A DNA stretch of 63,873 bases, counting the filler, from Lenisia limosa (Eukaryota; Protista; Breviatea), in the NCBI GenBank assembly GCA_001655205.1. It is 9 parts of 9 records of this genome, joined end to end, with 100 filler letters (N's around TTAATTAATTAA, not from the genome) between each part and the next. Parts side by side here need not be neighbours in the genome. Positions count along the whole stretch, not along the records: positions 1 to 10,890 come from LPNZ01007433.1; positions 10,991 to 17,107 come from LPNZ01009839.1; 7 more parts are not named here. One strand, given 5' to 3'. Position numbers and translations under genes: made by a program. A model generated the notes under the pieces. The model did not search any database, was not told where the DNA came from, and saw nothing but the letters and a program-made list of their open reading frames with translations. Positions within the stretch are counted from its first letter, which is position 1; every line of letters starts with the position of its first letter. This document shows positions 1 through 11,134 of the stretch, in pieces.

Positions 1-188
1 GACGTTTGGATATGTTTTAGATATTTTTTCACGTATCTTCGAGAGGGGTAGTGAGCGTCACGTGGGTGGTGTATTTCAAAGGCCAATTATCAAGATAACC
101 TATTTGGTTATTCCGTCTGCTTTAGTGTTTATTTCAAATACATGAGATTTTCCGATAACAAATCATGATTTTCTTTGACCTGTTTTAG

Positions 189-2378
189 AGGGTATTGAGG
201 TGCACGTGACGGGATCACTCCAGGTTGCGGTGAGCGGGATCACATAAATANNNNNNNNNNNNNNNNNNNNNNNNNNNNNNNNNNNNNNNNNNNNNNNNNN
301 NNNNNNNNNNNNNNNNNNNNNNNNNNNNNNNNNNNNNNNNNNNNNNNNNNNNNNNNNNNNNNNNNNNNNNNNNNNNNNNNNNNNNNNNNNNNNNNNNNNN
401 NNNNNNNNNNNNNNNNNNNNNNNNNNNNNNNNNNNNNNNNNNNNNNNNNNNNNNNNNNNNNNNNNNNNNNNNNNNNNNNNNNNNNNNNNNNNNNNNNNNN
501 NNNNNNNNNNNNNNNNNNNNNNNNNNNNNNNNNNNNNNNNAAGCTGCTAGTTTCGGAGAGTCAATGGACGAGGAGGATATGAACGAAGAGGAGGAGATTG
601 AGGAAGAGGTTGAGGAGGAGGTTGAACAGGAAGCCGCAGAAACCAAGAGTGGGTGAGGCTCTTTTTGTTTTGTTTTGAGAGGAAATTGAAACGAGTTTAT
701 GAAAGGCAAATTATTTTCCTTTGCACCACCAATCCATTTAGAACCCGCCGCTGCTGTTGCTGAGGAGAAGTCACCCTTCGTTTCCCCCGAGTCTCACCCC
801 GAGGTAAGCTCGAGCACGGGAAGGGTTTGTATATTGTGTTGGTTAGTAACCAAAACTCTTTACCTGTGTGAACCGATACTCCTCCTGTGTTAGCTGACCT
901 TTTAGATTAAGGAGATGATTGACAACATGGCTCAGGAGGACGCTGATATGGAGGAGGAGCTCTTTGAGGAGTTCGAGGAAGAGGAGGTGGGCGGTGAACC
1001 GACTTGAGCTTAAATAGTTACTTATTACATATTATGTCTGTAATTCATAGTAGTATGTTACATAGTCTATGGGAAAGCAAAGAGCTGGATGCACAAAGCA
1101 GTCAAGCGATTGATTGAGTGAATTATGGTTTATAACAACACAATCTGTTATAAACATGAATGCGTGGGTATAATATATTTTCAGTTCCAATTTCTGTTAA
1201 ACAACTTCTTTTGTTGATTGTTTTACTTCACCAGGTCGAAGATGACGAGGAACATGAAGTTGAGACCCCCGTCGTACCTGTTGTTGAGAAGAAGCATGAA
1301 AAGAAACAAGAAAAGAAACAAGAAAAGAAACAAGAAAAGAAACAGGAGAAGAAGCAAGAGAAGAAGCAAGATATCAAACAGGAAAAGAAGCCTGAGTTGA
1401 AGCGTGCACGTGAGGAGCCAACCCCCGCACCCAAGAAGGAGCAGAAGAAGCANNNNNNNNNNNNNNNNNNNNNNNNNNNNNNNNNNNNNNNNNNNNNNNN
1501 NNNNNNNNNNNNNNNNNNNNNNNNNNNNNNNNNNNNNNNNNNNNNNNNNNNNNNNNNNNNNNNNNNNNNNNNNNNNNNNNNNNNNNNNNNNNNNNNNNNN
1601 NNNNNNATTATAAGTTATCATGAAAGCAATTGTTAATAAATAATGCACCCTCATTCACAATTGCAGCTCTCCAAGGGCATCCAAGCCACAATCCTCCGTC
1701 CCGGAAGCGGCCCCATTGCCAAGGCTGGTCGTCGTGTCACTGTAGGCGCGGAGCGTTAGGTGTATTCACGATGGGTTGTCCTCAATTAACATACGACAGG
1801 TTCACTACAGAGGTACTCTCAAGAACGGAAAGCAGTTTGATGCTAACAAAAACTTCTCGTNNNNNNNNNNNNNNNNNNNNNNNNNNNNNNNNNNNNNNNN
1901 NNNNNNNNNNNNNNNNNNNNNNNNNNNNNNNNNNNNNNNNNNNNNNNNNNNNNNNNNNNNNNNNNNNNNNNNNNNNNNNNNNNNNNNNNTGGAGTTGTCA
2001 GTATGGGATCAATGGAACGTTTTGTCTCCTCACTATTGCTCCTTTACATTGAATCTCCTTTCACAGTAGGCTAAGCTTCACTTATAGTTCTACCTAAAGT
2101 GACAAAGTACAATATCACAATGCATTCACGCCGCAGGTTCAAGCTTGGAGCACGTGAGGTCATCACCGGTTGGGACATTGGTGTCCAGGGTATGGCTATC
2201 GGAGAGAAGAGGAAGCTCATTTGCCCTCCCCACACCGCGTAAGCAATATTATATTTCCATATCAAGTCCATAACCTGAAATACCCTTTGACCCTTTTAGT
2301 TACGGCAAGCAGAAGCTCCCCGGTATCCCAGCCAACTCTACCCTCATCTTTGAGGTTGAACTTGTTAAGATCCGCTAG
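189..2378 (+). CDS. Nucleoplasmin-like/acidic FKBP-type peptidyl-prolyl isomerase (FKBP39/Fpr3-4 family), spliced, 5' partial
   Basis: Stitched exons give EGIEVHVTG (end of NPL domain), Glu-rich tracts, (KKQE)n, then an FKBP domain: [15 protein letters not shown]|[76 protein letters not shown]. Stop at 2376-2378. Confidence 0.9.
1297..1372 (+). repeat. Coding 12-bp tandem repeat (AAGAAACAAGAA) encoding (KKQE)n
   Basis: About six tandem copies visible inside an FKBP exon. Confidence 0.9.
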
Positions 2379-2686
2379 ATTATTTTCTTTGTAATGCAGT
2401 TAAACATAAAGCCCGCTTTGGAATTCCAATTTAGTCAATCGATATAATTTGAGATTGTATCATTAGTACACTTCCACTGTGTTTGCTAGTCGTTTGATGC
2501 ATGGGTTGCTGTCGTCTTGAACTGATGCTGCCTGTTTGTTTTTTATTCCCGGGGTAATATACTGGTTTTTGGGTTATTGCCTGCATCATCGGCATTACTA
2601 AAAATACGAGAGGGGATGTGTTATAAAAAACAATAATACATTCCGAAAGGAAACCAAAAAAAGAAACAAAGAAACAAACCATAGCT

Positions 2687-4601
2687 TTACTCCTCCTTCT
2701 TCTTGTTCAAGAAGTCGGATGCGTCGTCATACTGGCCGTCGTCTTTGGAGAAAAAGTCCCTGATTGGGCTCAAGGGGTTCGGCAACGACGGGATGCGGTC
2801 AATGAGCGGTATGGTTCCGGACCTGCACAGTAAATCCCGTCTTAACGAAGTCTTAAATCTGGCCATTCTCCGGACCATGTTTGTATGAGTTGTGGTGTAA
2901 AACAGTTTTACCGCCTCAATCACTATTAGAGCCTCTATGAGTTTTACAGTTAATATTGTTTGATGTGGCATGAGCGAAAGAAAACAGCATATAGAGAGCA
3001 TATGTTTTCAAGAATATTCTTATGGCTGGGAGTTGGCGGTGTCTTCGCAAACTCATCAGTGACACCCCTTCAAAATTTCTAGTTTTCACTAAAGTGTAGA
3101 GAAGTACATATTACTAGAGGTGACCTGCTCGAAGGTACCCCACCCCCCCAGACCTAATCTGCCATTGTCTGTACAAGGAGTAGGCAGTCATTCCGGCGGT
3201 GGCCACAGCACCAGATACTAAGGCCGCCCGCGGGCCTGCTGCGGGGGAGAGGTGAAAAGGAGAATGCAACAGAGGGGAATGCAACCGGGGAGTGGCAGCA
3301 ACAAATAGGAAGTATGAAAGATGTAAATTCTGTTGGATGAGTGAACGCAACAGAAAACATCAAGAAGCTCAAAAAAAAAACAGTCAATTCTGCAGCACCA
3401 TCCCATTTCTCCTCGTGTCTCAAAAAGGGAAATGACTAAATGAGAGTTGCTCTAATGAAAGTATCCCGCTACCAACCCGGGCTTCTCCAAAGAGCAACAG
3501 AAAGACCGGCAGCAGCAATGTTGTTGTACATGTCATCCTTCTTCCTCATCATAGCCATCCCGATCTCAGCTCCTCCGTAGAGCATTGCTAAATTGTCAAG
3601 GCGTACTTCAGCGATATTCAATAAAGCTCGTAGATGAAAATAAAGCAACATCTAAAGAAGTGCTCAATCATACATATGTTCTCATTTCTTACCCATGCAT
3701 CCCAGAGAATTGCCCATTCTTGGTCCGGCCTTAGTGACACGATTCAGAATTGTGTTCAGACGAACCTTTGAGGGTCAATTACAACACATCATTCAAAAAC
3801 AGCAAAGTTGACCAACCCCAACTCTGAAGCCTCAAACTCCCCCCCCCCCCCNNNNNNNNNNNNNNNNNNNNNNNNNNNNNNNNNNNNNNNNNNNNNNNNN
3901 NNNNNNNNNNNNNNNNNNNNNNNNNNNNNNNNNNNNNNNNNNNNNNNNNNNNNNNNNNNNNNNACAGGCCACCACTGACAATGCCTACACGATAAAACAG
4001 CAGTATTCTTCGGGCCCCCCAGATAAGACAATGTGACACATTTATGGAGGAATGCCAATAACATTAAGAGTAAGTACCATATTTGCATTGAAACAGTTCA
4101 CCAGAAAATTAACCATTAAAAAAAATCCCATTTTTGCTTTTTCGAACACTTTTCACATTCCCCAAATTACTGAATATCAATGTTTCAATGTTTGCTTTTC
4201 GACTCTCTCCCAACCACAAAAAGAATATATGAACCCATAACTAACCAGTCAGATAAAGGTAGCCAGTGTTAAGAACAGTTCTTTGGCTAAAAGACCTCTT
4301 GCGATTGGCATCGTAGTCGTCCGCAAAAAGGTACTCGTCTTAAGCAGTTACATGGCAATCTCTCTCAAAAATAACTGTTAGCGATCAAGTTAATTCTAAA
4401 GGTAAGCAGAGGATTACCTGAGTTGACAGGAGGGTAGTACTCAATAAGCGGGTTGAGTGCTTCAGCGCCCTTGACAGGCTGTGCTTGGTGTGAAACTGCC
4501 TTTCCATCCTCATTATAAGGTCTAAAACAAGATTAGAAGGTTGTAGTGGGAGCAAACTCGAATGACTCCTCCTCAAAAGTGTGGCTGTCTTCCTTGTCCA
4601 T
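2687..4601 (-). CDS. TIM23: Mitochondrial inner membrane translocase subunit Tim23, spliced
   Basis: Exons: MDKEDSHTFEEESFE, EYLFADDY..NTGYLYLTG, KVRLNTILNRVTKAGPRMGNSLG, NLAMLYGGAEIGMAMMRKKDDMYNNIAAAGLSVALWRSPG. These match Tim23 motifs (LNxILN..GP..GN, R.k.D.yN). Confidence 0.88.
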
Positions 4602-4939
4602 CTTACTTATTTACTTTTATTTAATTTATAATTATATAATAATCAGAATAGTATATAAGAGGCAAAAAACAAAAATTCAAAATTTCAACAACTTTCAAAA
4701 GATCCTAATGATCGGTATCTTGCAGTTTTCCTCACAAAGAGGTCCCGATCCCTCCTCCTGTGACACCACCTCTCATTTTTTTTCGCCCCCTACAAGCCTT
4801 CAAGCAACGTGGCAGTGAGCTTCTATAGATATCTTACCATATATTGTTTTTAATATTGATATATATCACACAGCTTGATTTAAGGCGGATTTGATACATA
4901 TGTTCAGTTTCGCATTTTTGCACGATTTATCCTCCAGAA
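4602..4939. promoter_or_regulatory. Putative bidirectional promoter between TIM23 and the mitochondrial pyrophosphatase
   Basis: Start codons diverge at 4601 (-) and 4940 (+), 338 bp apart. Inferred from layout only. Confidence 0.55.
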
Positions 4940-6953
4940 ATGCTACTCCAAAAAGCAGTTCCCCGCCTGTCGAGAGGTCTTAGTAGAGGCATTGCCACGT
5001 TGACTACTGTGGGGGGATAAGCGGAGGATGAGTTTATAGGTTATGTGGTTTGATTAAGTAAGTAAATCTTCCCAGAAATCAAAGTTTTTTGGAACCGAAA
5101 TGTAGTGAGACATAGATCCGAAAAACTTCAAAATGACATAATATTGATAATTCAGTGGATAATCAATTTGATCAATGTGTACCCGCTTGCACAGGTAGAA
5201 TATAATATGATATATCAATAATTTTAAATCACAGTCAGAAAGAATTTAGAGAAGGTTATTGTTGATCTCAAGAATCCTGTCGTAAATATTAGGTCCCCAC
5301 AGACCACATATCATATCATATGATATGCATAACATGTAGAGTAATGAATGAAGCTAGGTTGGTCATCAAATACAAAGTATAATATTCCATCGCTACCATT
5401 GTTGTGGTCATTTCATTTCGTAGGTTCAACGTGGTCGTATTGGAGAGAAGTCCTTCCGAATGTTCTTCAACAACGACAAGGGCGAAACTGTGTCTCCATG
5501 GCACGATCTTCCCCTCTTGGACGCGGTTGACGAATTCAGAAGACCACAGGGACTTCATAAAACACCGCAGCAGGTTTGAATTGTGTTGCTACTCTTTTCT
5601 CTTCCTTCTTTTTAATGACATTTCAGATTGAGTTGGAAACAGTGGACTTTTCTTTGGAACCGAATGTCGTTAATTGCGTGGTTGAAATGCCAAGAGAGTT
5701 GGCATTTTGCTTTGTTCTTCTCATTTTTTGAACATTTTCAGCTCGTATGCGAAATTTGAGATTTCCTTGGAGGAGAAATTCAACCCGATTTTGCATGATA
5801 CCAAAAATGGAGAGCTGAGGTTAGTGATTAGATCAGTGTGTCATGATTGAACTGGTTATCGGCTAAATTCTTGTAGGTATATAGACCCCCCAGGTTACAA
5901 TGGAGTAATCGGCAATTATGGTAGTTTACCACAGACTTTTTCTTCTGCAGCTGTTTCAGATAAATTGAGTGGTTATAGAGGTACGAAGGATGAGTGGCTG
6001 TACGCTCTCCATAGTGTCTCCTTACGAGTTAATTTCATTTCTGCTATTCATATCATCATCTACTCAGGGGATAGTGACCCCATTGACTTCATTGAAATTG
6101 GCGGACCACGGCGAAACGTTGGAGAAATCTTCCCGGTACTTGGGGTTCTAATCTCACGTATTGTGTAACTCAACAGTTTCCCCTTGAGTCCTAATAAGTC
6201 TAGGCTCGTGTGATTGGTGCTCTTCCTCTTCTAGATGAATCTGAAATAGACTGGAAAGTCATTGTTGTTGCTGTGGGGTACGCCGGCACCGCTAATGTAC
6301 ATGGTGGGTGTATTAAAATTTATATCAATACCTCTTGTAATAATTACACAGTTTCATTAATATCTCCATTGCTTCGCTCCACTAATGGTTAGATCTGAAG
6401 TCATGTAATGCTGCGTTTGAATACACATCAAACACGGTAGGCAGCCGTGATTTACAATTTTTTTTACAGTACAATTTTCTGGGAGCTTGGTGATCATTAC
6501 AATAACAATGGGGATTTGGGAGAAGTTTACACTTTTGATCGAGAGGGTAGCCGAACAAAATGCGACTTTCACTGAGCAGGTTCGTAATTTCTTCGGTACG
6601 TATAAATGTAAAGCGAACCCCAAGGCAATTAACCTGTCCGGTCCTTTGCTTGACGCCGTGAGTCTTTTCGAATGTATTTTGGCTCTGATCTCTCAGAGCG
6701 ACGCAATGGCCATGCTTCGTGAGTATCACAGCACATGGAAATGCCTCGGGCGGGCCGAGTGCCCTCCTGAGGTTCCGCAACCTTTAAAGCCGATGGACGT
6801 TTACGACCCTTTTAGTCGCCCTGTCAATCGCCCACCTATCAACAGGTGGGAGGGGGGCAATAAAACTGTTTCAATTCAATAAGTTCACTGCATAGACCGT
6901 CAATATCTTGGAGTGAAGAGGCGGCAAATATCTGGCTTTCTTCAAATCAATAA
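4940..6953 (+). CDS. Family I inorganic pyrophosphatase with predicted mitochondrial presequence (PPA2-like), spliced
   Basis: First exon MLLQKAVPRLSRGLSRGIATLTT (Arg-rich, no acidic residues). Then VSPWHDLPL, VVEMPR, AKFEISLEEKFNPILHDTKNGELR, NYGSLPQT, GDSDPIDFIEIG, GALPLLDESEIDWKVIVV. Confidence 0.92.
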
Positions 6954-7102
6954 GGACACTTGTGTTTTGTGTAGTTGTATCATAATTATTCCTTGGAGAG
7001 GTAGCATCGTGATTAATGTAAATTTTGTACTTTTAGCCTGAGAATATTACAACACAATTACATTCACAGAAAAAACATATGATATACTAAATAAATAAAA
7101 AA

Positions 7103-9421
7103 CTAATCTTCATCAGAGTCCCATTCTGGGGCATTCTGAGATTTCGACAACTCCTCATCCAACCATCGACTGAAAGTCATGAGCAATTTCGAGTATAGCA
7201 ACAGGGGGAATAAAGTTAAAGAGGAAACAACCAGTAGGGACCAAAAAAAGGGCGGATAGCCAGGTGAATATGTTGAACCTCTTACTTATCTTCACCCTGT
7301 TGTTCATCGTCATCAAAGAGGGCTTTTCTCTTGTCAAAACCTGTTGCCGGTTGGGCTCTTCCAGGCTATAGAGTGAGGGCAAAGCAAGAACTACTCATTA
7401 GAACAAAAAAGGTACAAGGAAAATGGCAGTAAATGTTGAGAAGAATGATACCTTTTTTGACGGGGAAGAAGAGCAGGCAGGTCCGTTGCGATATGCAGGG
7501 CTTTTGGCCTTGACTGCTGACTGCGGCGCCATTTCATCCATCATTGACGATGTTCGTGGAGTCGTTAGTCTAAAACATGATTTGATGATATCAATACTGG
7601 ATAGGGAGGGGTACTCAGTTCAAAGCCACTCACCTATTCATCAGATAATCTTCATCATCATTTTGTCTGGAGAATGAAAGAATGAAAAGATGTACAAAAC
7701 GGGACAAGCAAGCAGCCTACAATTCTTGCTCTTCCATTTTCCACATGTTCCTTAAAGGAGCCACGTACATTTCTGTTGAATTAGTGTCAAACGAAGAAGA
7801 ACCCAGTAATGATTATCAAAGCAGGAGGCCTCACCATCTACCACCAGGTCTTTCTCTTCTTGCCCTTGGTCTTCTTCTTCAACCGCGCTATTCATTGGTG
7901 ATACCTTGCAAAGTTAATCTGCGATCATCTCAACATTATTTAATCAAAGCTCAGCATCACCTGAAATCACTCGTACAATGAAAAAAAAATATAGAGAAAA
8001 CAGTACGAATATCAAGCAATCTGCTTGACAATCCCATGTACACAACTTTCTGTTTGCCCCTTAGAATCCTACCATGGCTGCAGCAGGGGAAGTTGTTGGT
8101 CTGAGAATATTGGGTACGGAAGAAGGCTTTGTTGGGCCTTGGTGGTCTGAAAAATGACACAGAAATTTCGTGGTTACTGAGTGCTCTTTTAAGACGAATT
8201 TCGAGTCCACATACATTGCTTTGCTTGGGTAGTAGTGGGGGCAGCAGTAGCTGGTTTGACTGGCAAATCATTGGGGCTCTTGAACTCTGAACGGTGATGG
8301 TAAAGGAAAAAGTATTTCCATACCTTCACGTGGCGCATTTGACCGCTTTTCTACCTGAGTGATAGGGATTTTGCTTTGTTTGACCTGGGGTTTTGAGGGT
8401 ACCTAGAAAGGGTCAGATTAAAGCCCTTGTGCTTCCCAAAACCCGAAAAAAGAATACTGGAATTGTATCAACTTTTCTTTCTGACTATGAGGATTCACTC
8501 AATTAACTTCTGGCTTTGTAAAATCGATATCATAGGCGTTTAGGAGGCCACACCTAACAATGACTGTGCCAACCTTGTTGATAATGTGAGGGGCAGGAGA
8601 CGTTTGTGGACGGGTGCGGGGGGTGGTGGTCCTAGAACATAATTGATTGCAACAAACTCTATCTGAAACAGTGGATCAGACAACCAACCACGCATTGAGA
8701 GAATAAGTCTGTGCAAGTCCTCTTTTCTCTTCCTCTGTACGAAGCACTTTCTCCAATGCTGCCAAATCATCCTAAAAAATAATAATAATAAAAATAAAGG
8801 CTGGCATTTAGAGAGAAAGATAAATTGACAATGAAAAGACACAACTTGAGGGGGGGGGGGAGATGAAACCCTCAACAATCGCAGCGATATGATCAAGAAA
8901 TTGCCTGGCAAGTAATATAGAAAGCCTTCCTTCTTGAAGATGAGCTCACTGGTTTGCTGTTGTCCGCTTGCGCAGCTTGGAGAAGGATGTGTGCCAGGAA
9001 GTGCAGTGGCTGCTCAGGCTTGTACACAACAAGGGCGGTCGTCAGATCCTGAACCGTAAATCAGTACAAATAATAACACTTTCTATGTTGAGATGCTTTT
9101 AAAACAGGGGGAGTTACGCCAGGCTAAATACCATTGAGAAAGGAGGTCTGATTATATTCCAGTCAAATATCAACGCTCTGTCATCAAACGTATGTGATGT
9201 AACCTTAAATACTTGAATAACAGTCAAAAAGTGTTCTTATGTTATGAAGTGGATATTCTCCCTGCCTTCATGACAGGGCCAAACACAAGTAAAAGATCGA
9301 TGAGGCGGTTATGTAGTTAGACCAGTAACAAAGAAAAAGTGGCTTCGGTGCCTACCTGGAACACTTGCCTGATTTTATGCGAGTTGAGATACTCGCGAGC
9401 AGCCTCTTCGCGGCTTTGCAT
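7103..9421 (-). CDS. RIIa-type dimerisation/docking (D/D) domain protein with long low-complexity C-terminus, spliced
   Basis: MQSREEAAREYLNSHKIRQVFQ|DLTTALVVYKPEQPLHFLAHILL resembles the RIIa/EFCAB10-type D/D motif. Downstream exons are Pro/Ser/acidic and end ...PEWDSDED*. Middle exons are uncertain. Confidence 0.65.
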
Positions 9422-9832
9422 TGCGGTATTGAATGAAAATGAAGACCAACAACGAGTTACGAACTTACGGCCCTGATTATATAAACACTCAAACACTTAT
9501 ATACTTAGAACAGCACTTGCCCACTCTTTTCGTCAACGCAATTTTCGTGTTCGTTCGCTTTCAAAAAAAATATATTACGTTCTGTACCCAGTAAAAATAC
9601 AGTTCTGTCTTTTTTTTTGTGTGTGTGTATCTCTTGCAGTGTTTGGTGCAAATGATACGATGATGCAGCGATGATGCAGAATGATGCCATAAATCAGCCA
9701 TAGATAGCGTCCTGATAGCATCCCTGTAGCGTCCGTGTCACAAAGGTCAACGGGAAGTCATCATGATGATACCCCATCTGTCCCACAACCATACAGTTCT
9801 ATTGTACATTTCCTTGTTCCTTGAAAAGATAA

Positions 9833-10741
9833 TTACTTTGTAACCTGCACCACATCTTCGTCTTCCACCTAGAATGTTAAACACAACTTGTTCACTCCAG
9901 TCAAATACCACACCTATCAATTGTATGAATACAATGGAAATAAAACGCACTCAAGCTATCGTCTCCCAGCTTACATGGTGGTCCTTTCCGCATTTTTGGG
10001 GCACGTGCTTCGCTGAGGTCCCCTTGAAAGGTAAAAAAAAAACAACAGTTTGCCAATAGAAAACCGTTCCCCCCTCCCCTTTGAACTAAAAAAAAAAATG
10101 GACAGACGCTGAAATGATATCAATGAAAGGTAGTAGTACTGATGTTGTGCGCCATTTGATCCTCCACCTTACCCAGACAAGAGCATATTTCATTTCGTCA
10201 GCGAGGGTCCTGTGAATACGGTGACACTGAAAAGTCAGTTTCCCGATGTAGCAAATGACAATCACAAAAAGGAGAAACGACAAGCGTGGCCCAGGTAGCC
10301 AAAGAGAAAAATTATATTTGTACTGCCAATAGCTTCATTTCAGTAATACCAAACTTTGACAGAAGTAATATAAAATAATATGAGATGTATGTTATATACT
10401 ATATTATATATGATATCGACATATAATACTATCATATTAGGAATTGCAGTATTTACAGCGAACATACCACATCATGAATATTGGCACCTTTTCTCATGAC
10501 AATTGGCTCAGTGAAATCAGGCTGTTCTACAGAATCAAATCAGAATATAATAACACTGGACATATTTATTCATTTAGCTTCACTGCAAACCTCCTCGTCT
10601 TTTGGTGAACACTCGAACCAAATCCAAATACTGCCACATCTACAAATGCAATAAGAGGAAATGTAGTCCAATATTGAATCCACCCATCCCTTGCGCCCTA
10701 CTTTGTCAATGAGGAAGTCGAGGTTCAACTCCCAGGCGCTC
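9833..10741 (-). CDS. DRG2: Developmentally regulated GTP-binding protein (DRG family), C-terminal exons with TGS domain; 5' part missing at the spacer
   Basis: SAWELNLDFLIDK|MWQYLDLVRVFTKRRG|EQPDFTEPIVMRKGANIHDV|CHRIHRTLADEMKYALVW|GTSAKHVPQKCGKDHH|VEDEDVVQVTK*. The family is certain; DRG2 rather than DRG1 is a judgement. Confidence 0.85.
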
Positions 10742-10890
10742 CTGGGATGTGTTATTCCCAAGACGATAATAAGAGTGCTACATATGATATTATACAACAT
10801 ATGATATTAGACAACATATCACACCGTCCATATATCTGTGAATTTTCCTCTATCTGTGAAAACAAGCCAAAGAACATTTTCCTTGATAGA

Positions 10891-10990
10891 NNNNNNNNNN
10901 NNNNNNNNNNNNNNNNNNNNNNNNNNNNNNNNNNTTAATTAATTAANNNNNNNNNNNNNNNNNNNNNNNNNNNNNNNNNNNNNNNNNNNN
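10891..10990. other. Artificial contig-join spacer (44N-TTAATTAATTAA-44N)
   Basis: Six-frame stop linker inside Ns; genes on both sides are truncated. Confidence 0.95.
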
Positions 10991-11134
10991 ATATACATGT
11001 ATGTATACTATATAATATAGTATATATCATATATAGTATACATATATTTTGGGGGGCGGAGGGGGGAGTTTGTTCCAATACCCCCCTCCCTCCCCTAACA
11101 AAATAAAGTAAAATAAAAACTACCCCTCACCCAC

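Noticed and set aside
10935-10946. TTAATTAATTAA as a biological palindrome or repeated element
   Set aside because: Always centred in exactly 44+44 Ns; it is an assembly linker.
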